The notes under the pieces were generated by a model. It ran no database searches and was not told the origin of the DNA. It saw only the letters and a list, made by a program, of their open reading frames with translations. 64,000 bases of DNA from the human T2T-CHM13v2.0 reference genome, Homo sapiens. The DNA lies in the NCBI RefSeq assembly GCF_009914755.1, contig NC_060947.1, one strand, 5' to 3'. The first letter of the stretch is position 1; each line of letters starts with the position of its first letter. Below, in pieces: positions 34,516-47,950 of this stretch. The position numbers were made by a program, and so were the translations under genes.

Positions 34516-34566
34516 GTTCATGATCTTTGTAAGAAGAGAGTTCATGATCTTTGTAAGAAGAGAGTT
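34516..34566. repeat. Perfect 24-bp tandem duplication
   Basis: GTTCATGATCTTTGTAAGAAGAGA x2 plus GTT. Confidence 0.97.
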
Positions 34567-34712
34567 AGTTTTACTTTGTTCTAAAAACTGATGGATATTA
34601 TATTAACCAGATCACAATCTTATTATTTTCATATTTCTAACATGGCTTTTAATACGAAAAACGATTAATGATAAATACATTGTCTTCATGAAGGTCACAG
34701 ACACATACACAC

Positions 34713-34714
<2 letters not shown>

Positions 34715-34746
<32 letters not shown>
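34715..34746. repeat. (AC)16 microsatellite
   Basis: Directly visible. Confidence 0.95.
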
Positions 34747-34747
<1 letters not shown>

Positions 34748-35285
34748 ATTCTGAAAATTGTTTCCAGAGTATTCATATGTAAACTGAGGCTACAAAAAAT
34801 TATTGCTTAGTGAACATAAATATTATAGAATTTAGTGAATATTTGTAAATTGTGAGATATTGAGATCTGAAAGAGAAGGCAAAATAACATTTTATGTTAT
34901 TTACAATAGGAAGCTCTCTAAGGAAAGCGAGTAACTACACAATAGCTAAAAATGGATATGGGATTATTGTCTTTACATATAGGGTACAAGCATAAGTAAT
35001 CACTCAAAAAAAAGAGAGGAAATATGTTTTGCATCCTGAGTGGCATCGTGAAAATACTTGTGACCTCCCTTAAATAGAATTTTTTTTTATCGTAGTTACA
35101 TTATTCTAAGCCCATTATATTAGCTTTAAATAATCTTGAACCTTACTGGGGGAAATAAATTCAGAAATATAAGGTGGAGCAAGCAGAAGTATAAGTGCTG
35201 TGCTAAAGACTTGATTCTATCCTTCCAGTGGCTTGCAATTACTTAAGGAAGATAAGGCACATGAAACAATTACAAAACAAGACAG

Positions 35286-35705
35286 TGTGCTAATTTTTTA
35301 CTGCTGTGTAACAAATTATCACAGATTTAGTCACTTAAAACAACACTCATTTATTAACTTAATTTCTGTAGGTTAAAAGTTCAAGCAGGCTCAACTGGCT
35401 TTTCTGCTTATGGCATCAACAGGCCAAAATCAAGATGTTGGCCCGACTGGACTCACAAGGAGGCTCTGGGGAGAATATACTTTAAATAAAAGTTGTTGAA
35501 TAATTCACATGTTTGCAGTTTTGAGATTGAGGTTCTACTTTTTTGGCTGGCTGTCAGTGGGGGTGGGGGCCTACTTTCATTTTCTAGAGGCCACCTGTAT
35601 TTCTTGGCACAGGACTCTCCCCACTTCAAGCCAGCAAGGGTGTTTTGAGTCTTATTCATATTTCATATCTCTCTGGCTTCTATCACTAGACAGAGGAAAC
35701 TCTCT
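35286..35705 (-). mobile_element. MLT1D/MLT1E-type MaLR LTR, partial
   Basis: GTAACAAATTATCACA...CTTAAAACAACAC; GGCCAAAATCAAGATGTTGGC; TTCAAGCCAGCAA. Confidence 0.75.
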
Positions 35706-36207
35706 ATGTGGTATATTGTTTCCTATCTTTTTACTTTCAACCTATTTTTGCCTTTAGATATAAAGTGTGTCTTATAGACAGCATGTGTTTGGATCATGAT
35801 TTTTTTTGCCGATTGCTAATTTTGGAGTGTTTAATCCATTTATATTTAATAAAATTATTGATAAAGAAGGATTAACATCTGCTGTTTTTCTGTTTGTTTC
35901 CCTATGCCTTGTGTCCTTTCTGTTTCTCTAGTCCTCCATTATTGCCTTCTTCTGCATTAAATAGATATTTTATAGGGTATTATTTCCATTCCCTATTGAA
36001 TATATTTTAAAAATATAGTTAAATATAGTCATTTAACTATATTTTTTAGTTATGGTGTTAGTGTATTTTCCCAGTTTACAATTAACATTCTAATAAACAT
36101 TGTAGTTTCTATGAATACCAACTTTAAATAGTATAGAAAATCTTTGCCCAAATAAAGCTCCATTTCTTCCTCCTCTTTTTTTGGTATTATTTTCATTAAA
36201 ATGATAC

Positions 36208-36253
<46 letters not shown>

Positions 36254-38660
36254 GATCAGCACAGACACATATTTATTATTTTATGTAGTTGTTTTCTAAA
36301 TAATTTAGACTGTTGGAGCTAAAAACAGTAAATAGATTAATGTTGCCTTTTATTTTTACCTACGTAGTTACCTTGATTGGTGTCCTTTATTTTATTGTGA
36401 AGATTTATGTTACTGTCTTATGTCCTTTCATTTAAGCCTGAAGAGCTTCCTTTAGTATTTTTTTCAGGGTAAGTCTGCTAATGATTTGTTCTCTCAGTTT
36501 TTGATCATCTGGAACTGTCTTAATGTTTCCTTCATTTGTGAAGGACAGTTTTGCGGGATATAGAATTCTTGCAGAATTCTTGATTGAGATTCTTTTTCTT
36601 TCAACATTTTGCACATATCATTCCACTGCCTTCTAGTTTCCATGATTTCTAATGAGAAGGTGACTGATAATTTTCTTTGTTTTCTTTCTTATTTATTTTA
36701 GTGTTATCAAGGTATCATTTATATGCTAAAATTATACACATATGATATATACATCTTCATGAGTTTGGACATATTCTGGTTGACTGATGATCAAATTGAG
36801 GATCTCTTGTACATGACAAGTGATTTTCTTTTGCTGCTTTCAATATTCTTTCTTTTTCTTTTCTTTTAGTAGTTTGAGGCATGAATCTCTTTGTATCCTA
36901 CTTGAAGTTTGCTAAGCATCTCAGATGTGGGTATTAATTTTTTTAAATGAAATTTGTTTAAATCTAGACCATTATTTTAAAAATATTTGTTCTGCCCCTT
37001 TCCTCTCTCTTGCATATGTTTGTATGCTTGATTGTGTCCTACAAGTTTTGGAGGCCCCGTCCAGTTTTCTTCATTCTTTTTTATTTCTTTCCCTCAGACT
37101 GGATAATCCCAATTGTTCTATCTTCAAGTTTACTGATACATTCTCCTGACAACTTAATTCTGATCTTAAGCACCAATAGTGAATTTTTTATCTCATATTG
37201 TACATTTCAACTACAGAATTTCTATTTGGTTTGATTTAATAATTTTTATCTTTATATAGATATTTTCTGAGATGATAAATCATCTTATAATCCCTTTAAT
37301 TTATTTGACATGATACAATTTATATACATACATAGATATGTATTATTTGTATCTAGTGATTTGAACATCTGGGTTTCCTTAGGAATAGTTTCTATTGACT
37401 GCTTTTTTCCCCTGTGTATGGGCCACATTGTCCTGTTTCATTTCAAGCCTTTTAATTTTTGGTTGAAAATTGTACCATTAAAATAATTAAATGTGGCAAT
37501 TCTGGAAATAAGATCTTACTCGACCTGGTGGGTTTTTTATTATTATTGTTGTTGCTTTTGTTGTTTTGTTGTTGCTACTATTTGATTTTTTACTTACTTT
37601 CTTGGAGTTATTCTGTAAAGTCTGTATTCTCTCTCATGTGTACACACTAAGGACTAAGGTCTCTGATCAATTCATTTAATGGTAAGCTAGTGATTGGAAA
37701 GGGACGTTAAATGTCTTGAATCAATAAGTCCCTTTTTTTTGCCAAGGAGCTCTGCATGCATGTTTAGGCATGTTTTCAATGATTGGTAGGCAACTCACAA
37801 TTCTACCTTAGCTTTTAATTTCTGCTTGTACAAGTATGTAGTCAGCCAGTGGTGGGAGATTTGGGCCTTTTCAGGACTTTCTTGGGAGTTTGCATGACCC
37901 TATGCAGGCAAGTTGCCTTCTAGATAATCAGGAAAGCAACTTTTGAAGTTTTGTTTGTGTTTTTTCTTATTTTTGTTTTTGTTGTTGTTGTTTTTCTTTC
38001 CCTTCCCTACTCTATTGGAGTTTACAAAACCCACTATGGGATATCTCATTCCTCAGATCTTCCTTTTAAATTGTGTAGACAGCCTCTTATTTATCCCAAC
38101 TGGTGTCACCAACACAGGCAGCTGTGACATTAAACAACAAGCTCTAATTGCTTTCAACAAAATGCCCTGGGGAATGGGATTTTCACACTGAAATAACTCT
38201 GAGTCATATTAAAAAACAACAAGCGCTGTAAATTATTCTTTTCCAGGGAGCATCAAGACAAGTTAAATAAGAAAAATTCTCTTTAGATAGGTCTTTTTAA
38301 AGAAGATCCAAAACTATTCTTCCCCTTTGAGTGGCTACTATAATTCTGACCTTCATAGCTATTAAGTTTGCATAGTTAATCATTTCTAAGGTTACTGTGG
38401 TGATGGGAGAAAGGGATGAGAATAGGACAAGTTAAAATTCCACAAAGATCACTAAGGTTTGGCTGAGGTGTTTTCTTTGGGTTTGTTTTTTAAATAACTA
38501 TGTATAAGAAAAAGAAATATGAGCATTCTTATTGTGGCAATTTTTTATTTTCAACATTATAAAATATTTGATTTTGACAGCTTTTGCTAGTGTTCATACT
38601 GGTGTAATGGAACAGGTGATTTTCAGAGCTCCTACTACATAATTTGACCATTTGTCCCAT
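35706..38660 (-). mobile_element. Ancient L1 (L1MD/L1ME-type): inter-ORF region, ORF1 and 5' region
   Basis: ORF 36432..36614 RILYPAKLSFTNEGNIKTVPDDQKLRE...LKEAL is the ORF1p C-terminal motif; contains (CA)n at 36206-36246. Confidence 0.7.
36672..36780 (-). mobile_element. ~110-bp L1MA/L1MB-type 3' stub
   Basis: T-rich tail then GGTATCATTTATATG...GAGTTTGGACATA; TSD TGACTGAT(A/G)AT at 36661-36671 and 36781-36791. Confidence 0.55.
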
Positions 38661-38669
38661 GTAGTTTGA

Positions 38670-41130
38670 GTTATCATTCCTAGTCGATGTATTGACTCTC
38701 TTAGAATGTCAAAGTGTCTCTCTTTGTCTCTAGTAACACTCCATGTCTTGAGATATATTTTAATTGACATTAATATAGTCACTCCAGTTTTCTTATGCTC
38801 ACTATTGCATGATGCACCTTTCCCATCTTTTTAACTTTCAACATACTTGAGTCTTTGTGCTTAAAGTAAGTCTCTTGTAGGGTAAAGTGTAATTGCTTGC
38901 TGTTTTTAATCATGCCTAAAATTATCTGATTTTGGTTGTTGTATTTAGTTTTGACATCCTGCTATTTGCTTCCAATTAACTCTATCTTCCTTTGCCTCTG
39001 ACCCTCCTATTCTACTTTTATTAGTATTAATTACCTAGTTATAATATTCTATTTAAATTTTTCCATTGGCTCTCCAGCAGTATCTTTTTGTTTTGTTACT
39101 TAATGGTTGTTCAAAGATTTTAACATAAATATTTTACTTGGCACAATCTATACAGTTTCAATATTAAATGACTTCCAAAAATTTAAAGAACATACAAGAA
39201 TCTTGGACAAGTATATTTCCACTGAGTTCCAATTATTATTACTATTGTCACTAAGAATGTATTATACGTATTAAATAAGTTATAAATCTTTCAATACAAT
39301 TAAAATTTTTGTTTTAAATAGTCAAATACTTTTAATGAACTTTAAGAAAAAAGAAAAATGTGTGTGTATAGTATTGTATATTAATACAGATGTTTGTCAT
39401 GTTCAATGATGCTCATTCATGTAGACTTGAGTTGACATCTACTGACATGCCATTATCCTTCAGCCTAGGCCTGGTTACCACTTATGATGTTCAAGGCCCT
39501 AGGACTCTAGAATCAGCAGGAGGCGACGACAGCCAGGCTTGTGTACTTCCCTTCAGGGAAGCAAATTTGCCCCAGTCCTGGGCAGGTCCAGAGATGCCAT
39601 ATGAGAGCCAGGGCCTAGAGTTGGAAGCCTTAGGAATCTATCTAGTGCTCCATTCTGCTGCTGACCTGGCACCCAAGACACAAGACAAAGTGCTTCCCAC
39701 TTTTCCCTCCCATTTTCCACAAGCAGAGGTGTCTCTCCCCGTGGCCCCAACCACCCCAGGCCCATAGCAAGTACTGTCTGCGTACCACTGATGCTCATTC
39801 AAGGCCCAAGGGCTATTCAATCAGCTAGAGGTGTATGCTGCCAGGCCTGGTACTCTTCCTTCAGGGTAGTGGGCTGCTGTCTGGCCCAGAGCAGGTCTGA
39901 AAATGCCATCCAAGAGCCAAAGCCTGGAAACCAACCTACTTGGTGCTCTATCTCACTGTGGCTGAGCCAGTAACTATGCTGATTTTGCGTTCTTATGAAG
40001 GTGCTTTTTTGTATGCATAGTTGTTCAATTTGCTGTTCCTGTAGGGAGGGCAATTAGTGGAGTCTTCTGTTTGGACATCTTGCTCTGCCTTCTCTTAAGT
40101 TTGGATGTAGTTAGAGTTAGTTCCTTCTATTGAGTTTTCTATCCTTGAAAGCAGATTACACTTTCCTGTATCTTTGAATATCCAGTAAGTTTTGGAAACT
40201 AGATAGTTTAGTTTAGATGATATGTTTTAGATATTCTGGGTTCTGCTTTGTTCTTCTGGAGATTTTTATTGTTCTTGCTCTTATATGCAGTTACCTTGCT
40301 TGGACCCAAACATCATACTCTGTCCATCCTACAGAGTGCAGCAGTTGATATCTCTGCTCCTTCCTTACATCTTTCAACTGCTACTTTTTTTTTTTTAAAC
40401 TAGCTCCCTGGGTTTTCCCCTGCAAATGTAGTTTGTGCTTAGCCAAAATTTTGGACTGGATTGTGGTTTCTTTGCTTCTGTGGATTTTCTTTCACATCTG
40501 CATCTGATTGGCTAGCTTTAGACTCTATCAACTAATACTTAAGCCAGTAAGTCTTCACTTTTTTACTTTCCAAGATGGCCATTGTTGGGGAATTAATGCA
40601 GTTGAAAAAGGAGCAACCTCAAAAAATTCATCCAGTGCAGTTCTGTCTCCTGGTGAAAAATTCCTCTCTAGTCTTTCTAATATTTTGTTTGTTTGTTTGT
40701 TTTTGAGGCGGTTTGTTTGCTTTTGCTCTGTCACCAGGTCTCTCCCTATATACATGTAGTTTTGTGGACAAGGGTAGAGTTACACTCAGATTTGGGGTCT
40801 CATTTTTTCTTATGTTTCTTGCTTCCAAGATTTTTCCCATAAATTTCTGGCTGCTCTTCCAGTTCTAAATTCTGTTCCATTCTACCTCAATCTGGTAAAG
40901 TTACTGTTTTATCTACACTATGGCTATGTGGTTTTGGAGCTCCCTCCGATAAGAGAAGTTCAGACTTGCAGTTCTTGTCCTTTGCAGGTACAGTTTTTTT
41001 TTTTTCTTAAGAGAAAACTCTCCTCTTACTTTGTTCTGCTTTTGTTTGCTCTCCAGTACCTTTTAAATGTGGCTTCTTACTGTTCGTCCAGATTTTATCA
41101 CGACTATCTGCACACTACCTCTTCAACCCA
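38670..41130 (-). mobile_element. Degenerate L1ME-type fragments (inter-ORF and 5' region) surrounding a younger L1 5'UTR piece
   Basis: GACATTAATATAGTCACTCCAG, TCCCATCTTTTTAACTTTCAAC and AAAGTAAGTCTCTTGTAG are typical of old L1 near the ORF2 start. Confidence 0.45.
39460..40093 (-). mobile_element. Isolated L1M1/L1M2-type 5'UTR fragment including the 5' terminus
   Basis: Shares units with 23300-25215 (CAAGACAAAGT, GGCCCAGAGCAGGTC, TTCTTATGAAGGTGCTTT, ATAGTTGTTCAATT); ends GGACATCTTGCTCTGCC. Confidence 0.75.
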
Positions 41131-42072
41131 TTTTCATTATGAAAATTATTTCTAAGAAATAATTTTCCAGAAAAAACTTTGTGTATAAACAACCTCATTG
41201 TAGCATTTTATATTAGTAAAATTTTAATAGTAAAGTAACTTAGGACAAATCATATCAGTGCAATATTGTGCATAAATAAGATGATTATGAAGGCTGTGCA
41301 TTAACATAAAATGTGTACTTTATAATATTAGGTGATTAGAGAAGAATACAAAATTATATCTTCAGGCACACATATTGACAATAGTTAGTAGGAGATGTGG
41401 AAAACTGGTAATTATTTATTTTATGAATGTAAAATTATAAAAAGCTTATTTGTATTCATTCATTCCTTCAAAAATTATGGTGAGTGCTACTAAATATCAC
41501 TGTACATATATAGTTAAAACAAAAATTACCACTCTTAAGGAACTTAAAATCTACCAGAAATGCTTATACAAATTCAGAGATTTTTTATAATGAACAAAAT
41601 GTGCAAATATATAAACTATAAATTACACAATGGGAGTAGAAAAAGATCTTAAGTCTTCATTTTTTTTCTATTTAAAGTAACTAGATTTCTCATTCAAAAG
41701 TAATCCATGCTCATTTTAGAAAAGAAAATGAAGATATATATTCACAGAGCAGGTGTAATCTTAGCTGATTTTTGAAGGAAGATAAGACTTTATCAAGTTG
41801 GTTCTGAGTTAGAGAACAGAGAGACAATTATTGGTCTTATTTATGGATTATGTTAAATTTTTTATAACTGAGCAATACAACGTTTAAGTCATTTCACAAT
41901 AATATGCAGATTATATGCTACAACCCTAGCATATGGCAAAATAGACCTCACATTCATGGCTTGTGCCTTCTGGTTGTTTACAAACTGATAGTACTCATTT
42001 GAGTTAAAGTTATGTGAGGGATAGCTTACAGAAAATATAGTATTTGGAAGCCAAAATATACATACATAGATG

Positions 42073-42075
<3 letters not shown>

Positions 42076-42118
<43 letters not shown>
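42076..42118. repeat. (AC)21 microsatellite
   Basis: Directly visible. Confidence 0.97.
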
Positions 42119-42120
<2 letters not shown>

Positions 42121-42976
42121 CTATTAAATTTATCATTTTATTTGACCTAAACCTTCAACTATGGCTTCAATAAAGAAGACATACCTAAAAATAAGCTGAT
42201 TCTCAAAGTATGAACTTAGAAGCAAAGTAGTATTCTACAGCTTGTATTGTACCTGATAGCATACATCTTTTGTTATTTCACTCCTTTTTCCATGTTAAGC
42301 TTCTTGAGGGAGTGGACCATACTGGATTGATATCCTTACTCTCTACATAGTATTTGCATAATGACTTACATATAAAGTCCATTAAATAAATATTTCATAA
42401 ATAATTTTTTACTAAAAATAGAAAATATGCTTCCAGAGAAATATAAACCAGAAAGGATCATCTTTATTGTTGAATTTGCTTGAATAATGCAATAAAAATA
42501 TGTGAAACCACTTTAACCTCTATCACTGTCTTATTTGCTACTTTCTTCTCCCCTCTCTACCTCTGTTCTCATTTTAAGCTATAGTCAAATGGCTTCTCTT
42601 GTGGACTGTACATATGCAGTAAGAATAAAGATAATTTAATGTGGCTAAAACTGAAAGGAGAAATAAGAACATATGTGAAATAAATCCAAAGTTAAAATAG
42701 TTTTAAACCAATGAAGTTTATTTCTCAAGGCTATTTAAATGGAAGATCCATTCCTAACTGTTTATGCATTCATAAAGATACAATTATTCTGATGAAAGAT
42801 TTTTTTAAAAATTATTCTTAGCTTAGAGCACAGGCCTAACCATTTGGACAAGACCCAAAAATAAAACCTAAACATTTTAGTGTTTCTCAAAAATGATTTG
42901 ATGTTTGAGTTAAAGCTCAACCTTGGTAGATGAGTATAGTAGAATTCCGTCTCACTACAAGTGATCCACAACTCTC

Positions 42977-43090
42977 CATTAACAAATATTTACTATGTCT
43001 TAATATGTACCAGGTTTGGCGGTAGGTGCTGTGGTTGAAAAGGTGAAATAAACAGACATAGTTGCTATCCTCCTGGAGCTTACAGTATAG
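42977..43090 (-). mobile_element. L2 3' end fragment
   Basis: CATTAACAAATATTTACT...TGTACCAGG...CCTCCTGGAGCTTACAGT. Similar weaker fragments at ~41454-41553 (-) and ~42290-42400 (+). Confidence 0.6.
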
Positions 43091-43256
43091 CAATCTTAAC
43101 TAGTCTAATCATTATCTTTGGTTATAATAATCAATAAAATACTCACATAACCTACAAAAGTTAGCATAGAACTAGAAATAAATAACAGTTACTGGAAAAA
43201 CCTAAAGATTTTCAACTGAAAGTCATATTTAGACTGGTTCTTTTGCTAATTGTGAT

Positions 43257-43505
43257 AGTAATAATAGCTGATATTTAATGATTGCCTACCACTTGCTACA
43301 TAGTGCTCTAAATCTCTGATAAGCATTGATTTATTTAATCATCACAATAAATGTTGGTAGCCTGCACTGTAATTATCTTCATTTTGCAAATGAGGAAACT
43401 GAGTCTTATGACATTAGTAAGCTGTCCAAGTAATCTAGTTAGAAAGCAACAGACCCACTGCAAGGCAAGTACTCCAGCTCCAGTGTCAGTGCTTTCCAAC
43501 ACAAT
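43257..43505 (-). mobile_element. MIR
   Basis: ATAATAGCTGATATTT; TTTAATCATCACAA; ATTTTGCAAATGAGGAAACTGAG core. Confidence 0.75.
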
Positions 43506-43627
43506 GAAGCTCACTATGTGTCTAGGACACCCACAGATCCACACAGAGCATAACTTGAAGTTCATTTTCCAAATGGATAAAGGGATATCTAAGAATGCTT
43601 TAATTTTAGAAGAAACAAATTTAAAGG

Positions 43628-43629
<2 letters not shown>

Positions 43630-43669
<40 letters not shown>
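43630..43669. repeat. (TG)20 microsatellite
   Basis: Directly visible. Confidence 0.97.
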
Positions 43670-43671
<2 letters not shown>

Positions 43672-43959
43672 GGATTGGAAGAAACTATTATAACTTCAAT
43701 AAATTTACTACTTTGTTATTTAGTTTTATATGAATTTATTACAAATAACATAAATCATGGAGGGGCTAGAAATTCATAACTCTTGTTTTAACAATACAAA
43801 ACAAAACTGTCACAACATAGCAACTTTGTGACAGCTATTGTACAGAGTGGATAATGATCATGGAGTTTATTATTGCAGGTAATGATACTATCATAAACCC
43901 TTTCGATGCATATAAACTTTTTGTAAGAGACATACTTGGTAAGATATGATGTAGTCATT

Positions 43960-44191
43960 CTAGACTGCTTTCCTGCTGTGTCCTCACATAGTGAGGAAAG
44001 AATAATCTCTCTGTGTCTCTCTCTCTCATTCTTCTGATAAGGTCACTAATCTCATCACGAGGGCCCCACCCTCATGACCTCATCTGACTCTAATTTCTTC
44101 TCAAAGGCCTCATCTCCAAATATCACATTGGAAGTTAGGACTTCAACATATGAATTCTGGGCAGGGGAGGAACATAATTCAGTCCATAACA
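43960..44191 (-). mobile_element. MLT1A0/MLT1B-type MaLR LTR, partial
   Basis: CTGTGTCCTCACAT; CCACCCTCATGACCTCATCT; GACTTCAACATATGAATT; ATTCAGTCCATAACA terminus. Confidence 0.8.
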
Positions 44192-46416
44192 AGTCTTTAT
44201 TCCATAATTTTTACATAAATCAGCCCTCTTGCAAAAAGTAAATTTCTCTTTCTTAGTTACTCAACCTGTAGTTGGGCTTATTTAAAATATCTTCACTTAA
44301 AACATTCCGAGATTGACATATATGTATTATCTAGTCAACTTGGTTTTTAAAAAGTACAAATAAACAAAAATAAATTATCTCAACCTTCACTATAGGCTAG
44401 GGAAATTTTATTCTAGCAAGAGGATAGTAGCTGTTCAAATATACCATGCAAACATTTCTAAACACCACCAGGTTTCCCAAAGTCACTGTGAAAAATGTAT
44501 TTGTCAAACTTCCAAAACAAAATCTTTCATAGTAGAGCTGAAAATTGACTTATTTAGTAACTCATTTAATAGAGGTGCATATTCTTTATAATTACATTAA
44601 CAGATGTTATTAACAAGTTTATTGAGTATGGGTGTTCTAATATCTCATGAGGTGCTTGACAATCCCATCTGCTGATGGGTGCCAAATAAAGAAACTAAAA
44701 GAGACACAGGTGCCTTTGGACTCACTGTAAACATAACATTACCCACAAATCATGCAGCCTAATGCTATCTGCCTATTATCTCTGTCTCTAAAAATACATC
44801 ATACTAGAGAATATACTTTATGCATTACATTGTTGCATAAAATTCCTACTTGGAAAAGAGAAATCCATATCACCAAACTAATTTTCCATAACTAATGTGT
44901 GTATTACCCCATGCAATTTAAGAATATTCTCCTTCTTGAAAAGATTAAAATCATATCTCATGAGTGATTGCATAGCCCCTTTTCACCTTGAGGTGCAAGA
45001 AAATGAATAGGAGCAATTTTCCTTTCAATAGGCAATTGTAGATAAGTAAGCAATACACAGATTTACTTTTAAAAATCACCCAAAATTAGCCCATGTGGCT
45101 GAGGCAGTATCTTTACACATATACATAAAATAAATCTGATTAAGAATGCCTATTATTTTTATTATGATATTTGCTCCTTGATTGTAATCTTAGACATCTC
45201 AAATTTTAAAACGAAATAGAAACTTCGAAAGTTAAAATAAAGCTTTTGTCAAAAATAGTAAACTCCCTCAACCCTACCGATCCAAGATCCAAATTTGTTT
45301 TTAAAAGTTTTCTGATTCTCTCCTAATGTATGACATAATTTTTTCAGAGTTGTATTTGTTCAAAAGACTCTCTGCTCTGATTGACTCTTATACATTATAA
45401 AAGTAAATATTTTTCAGTTAAATAAGAGTGAATCTCATGAGCCTTAAAAATTGAAATCATGTGTCTGAGCCTAACCTATAATGTCCCTTGGCCCATTTTA
45501 TTATCTATAATACTGTGATTACTCTTAGGTGTAGTAAAGGTACAATCAGCCAGAGAAAGAATACAAAATAATCTAACTTTTAACTTTTCTCAACCCCAAA
45601 TCTTTGATAACAAATAGAACCTCTACCTTTTTTTTGACATATCCAGAAATATGTTTATCTTGTCAATATGTTATTTGGGAGGGCATTGCTTCTTTGGTTC
45701 AGTACTCAAGAGAAGCGTTGCATCTGTTTTCTAGTAATAAGCAACCCACACAGCAGGAAGAAGGCAGTTCATGTACTTTTGAATTTGATTATATACTGAA
45801 AAAATATTCATCGATCTGGATTGATGGTACATTTGTGTGTATATTATCTTTGCCTGTGTACTCAAATGGGGAATCTGTCTTTAATCTGACAGTATAGCTC
45901 ATGAACATCCAAATTGAGCAAGTTTCAGATGCAAGCTAATCAAGTTCTCTCTGACAACCTCAGCAATCTTTCCGTTTTTGGTGGGATGACATATTCATCT
46001 TCCTCAATCACGCTATGACTAATGTATGAGAATGTTAACATCTTTCATTCTTTATATCTTTGTAGAGATAATTTGGAGAAGAGAGTAGATACTGTGTGCC
46101 ACATTAGGGCTTGTTTTGCTCATTCTTTAGACAATTAAAAGGAGACAAGTGAATATAAAATATGACAATGTTAATATTTATTTTCAGCAATAACATTTTC
46201 ACTTGAAAGCCTCCCTTTTCAGTGGGAGTTTCTTGCCAACTCATTTGTCTATCATATTTCTATTGAAATGAATGTTCATCATTTACAGTGTGTTATGTGC
46301 TGTGCTGAGATCTTTGGGGCATCTTTTCCAACAAGGCAGTCTCTAACTGGTTAAGCATCTCTTCTTTGAAACAGTCAAATAGAAAACTATCCTAACTCAG
46401 ATATACAAAAGGTAAT

Positions 46417-46794
46417 TGCATTAGTCCACTTTGTGCTGCTATATCAGAATACCTGACATTGGGTAATTTATAATAAACAGAAATTTATTGATGCACAGTT
46501 CTGGAGGCTGGAAAGTCTGAGATTGAGAGACTGGCACCTAATAAAGGGATGCTTGCTGTGCCATGCCATGAAGAAAGGGTAAAGAGAGGGTACGAGAGAC
46601 CGAGGTGGGGACAAACTTGTCCTTTCATAAAAAACCACTCTCATAATAATGAACCTACATTCACAATAATGTCATAATTTCATTTTTGAGGTCGGTGCCC
46701 CATGACCTAAACACCTCTATTAAGTTCTACCTCCATATACTGGGGGCCAAATTTCCAATACATGAATTTTAGGGAACACACTCACACCATAGCA
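46417..46794 (-). mobile_element. MSTD-like MaLR solo LTR
   Basis: TGCATTAGTCC...CACCATAGCA termini; perfect 5-bp TSD GTAAT at 46412-46416 and 46795-46799. Confidence 0.85.
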
Positions 46795-47084
46795 GTAATA
46801 TAAGAACCTATGGTAGACTGGGGATTCCTTTTAAGAGAAGCTCAAATCAATATGTTGAAAGGTAAAAATGTTTTGGAATGTTTTAAGGGCATTTATTTTG
46901 CTGATTGTTAAAGTAATAGAAGCTACATTAAGATCATATTCATGGTAGTATTTAAAATGTGTTAATTTATTTCTCTTTTCTAATTTTCTTATAAATTATT
47001 TTATTTTACTATTATGTCCCAATTCCATAATGTGTAATTTGGCATGGCTTGTTTCCTGTTACATAATACTTTTGATATTTATCC

Positions 47085-47950
47085 TTTTTCCCCTCTGCTT
47101 TATTGCAGTATACTTGGCAAATATAAATTGTCTGTATTTGAGGTGTACGATGTGATGTTTTGATATACATATACACTATGAAATGATGACCACCTTCAAG
47201 CTAATTAGCACATCCATCGCTTCTTCTACTTACTCTTTTTTGTGTATGTGTGTGCATGTGCATAGTTAGAACACTTAAGGGTTTCCTTTTTTTTTTTTTA
47301 ACTTTCTCCCTATCTTTTGACTTTATGGTAATAACCATGCTAACAGGTGTGAGGTGATATGGAGGTTTTGATGTGCAATTTCTTGATGATTAGAATTAGT
47401 GCCGTTGAATGCTTTTTTATATACCTCTTGGCCATTTGCATGTCTTATTTGAAAAAGAAAATGTCTATTCAGGCCTTTTGGCCATTTTTAAATGTTTTTT
47501 TTTTGGTATTGACTTGTATATATTTTCCCTTAATTTTGGATATTAGGCCTCTATCAGATAGACGGTGTGCAAATATTTTCTTTCACTCCATAGGTTTCCT
47601 TTTCTGTTCATTGATTGTTTCCTTCACTGTGCATATTTTTTGAAATTTCCCGTATTCTCATTTTTTAAAAATTTTACTTTTGTTACCTGTGCTTTTGGTA
47701 TCATATCCAAAAAATAATTGTAAAGTCCAATACCAAGGACATTTTCCCTGTGTATGCTTTTAATATTTTTAAGGTTTCAGGTCTTAGATTTAAGTATTTT
47801 TTAAACTATTTCACTTGATTTTTGTGAAATGTCTAAGATAAAGGTCTAATTTCATTCTTTTACATGTGGATATTCAGTAACATTTTTTGAAGAGACTATT
47901 CTTTCTACATTGCATATTTTTGGTACCATTTTTGGAGATTAATTGACTAT
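47085..47950 (-). mobile_element. L1MA8/L1MA9-like 3' fragment with internal deletion at ~47280
   Basis: GGTGTACGATGTGATGTTTTGATATAC...CAAGCTAATTAGCACATCCATC 3' end, then a jump to TAACAGGTGTGAGGTGATAT. Confidence 0.75.

Noticed and set aside
43351-43779. 142-aa ORF and other short ORFs with CVCVCV or HTHTH runs
   Set aside because: Chance frames through MIR and dinucleotide microsatellites.
43807-43834. Inverted repeat CTGTCACAA...TTGTGACAG
   Set aside because: Only a 9-bp stem with no other RNA-gene features.
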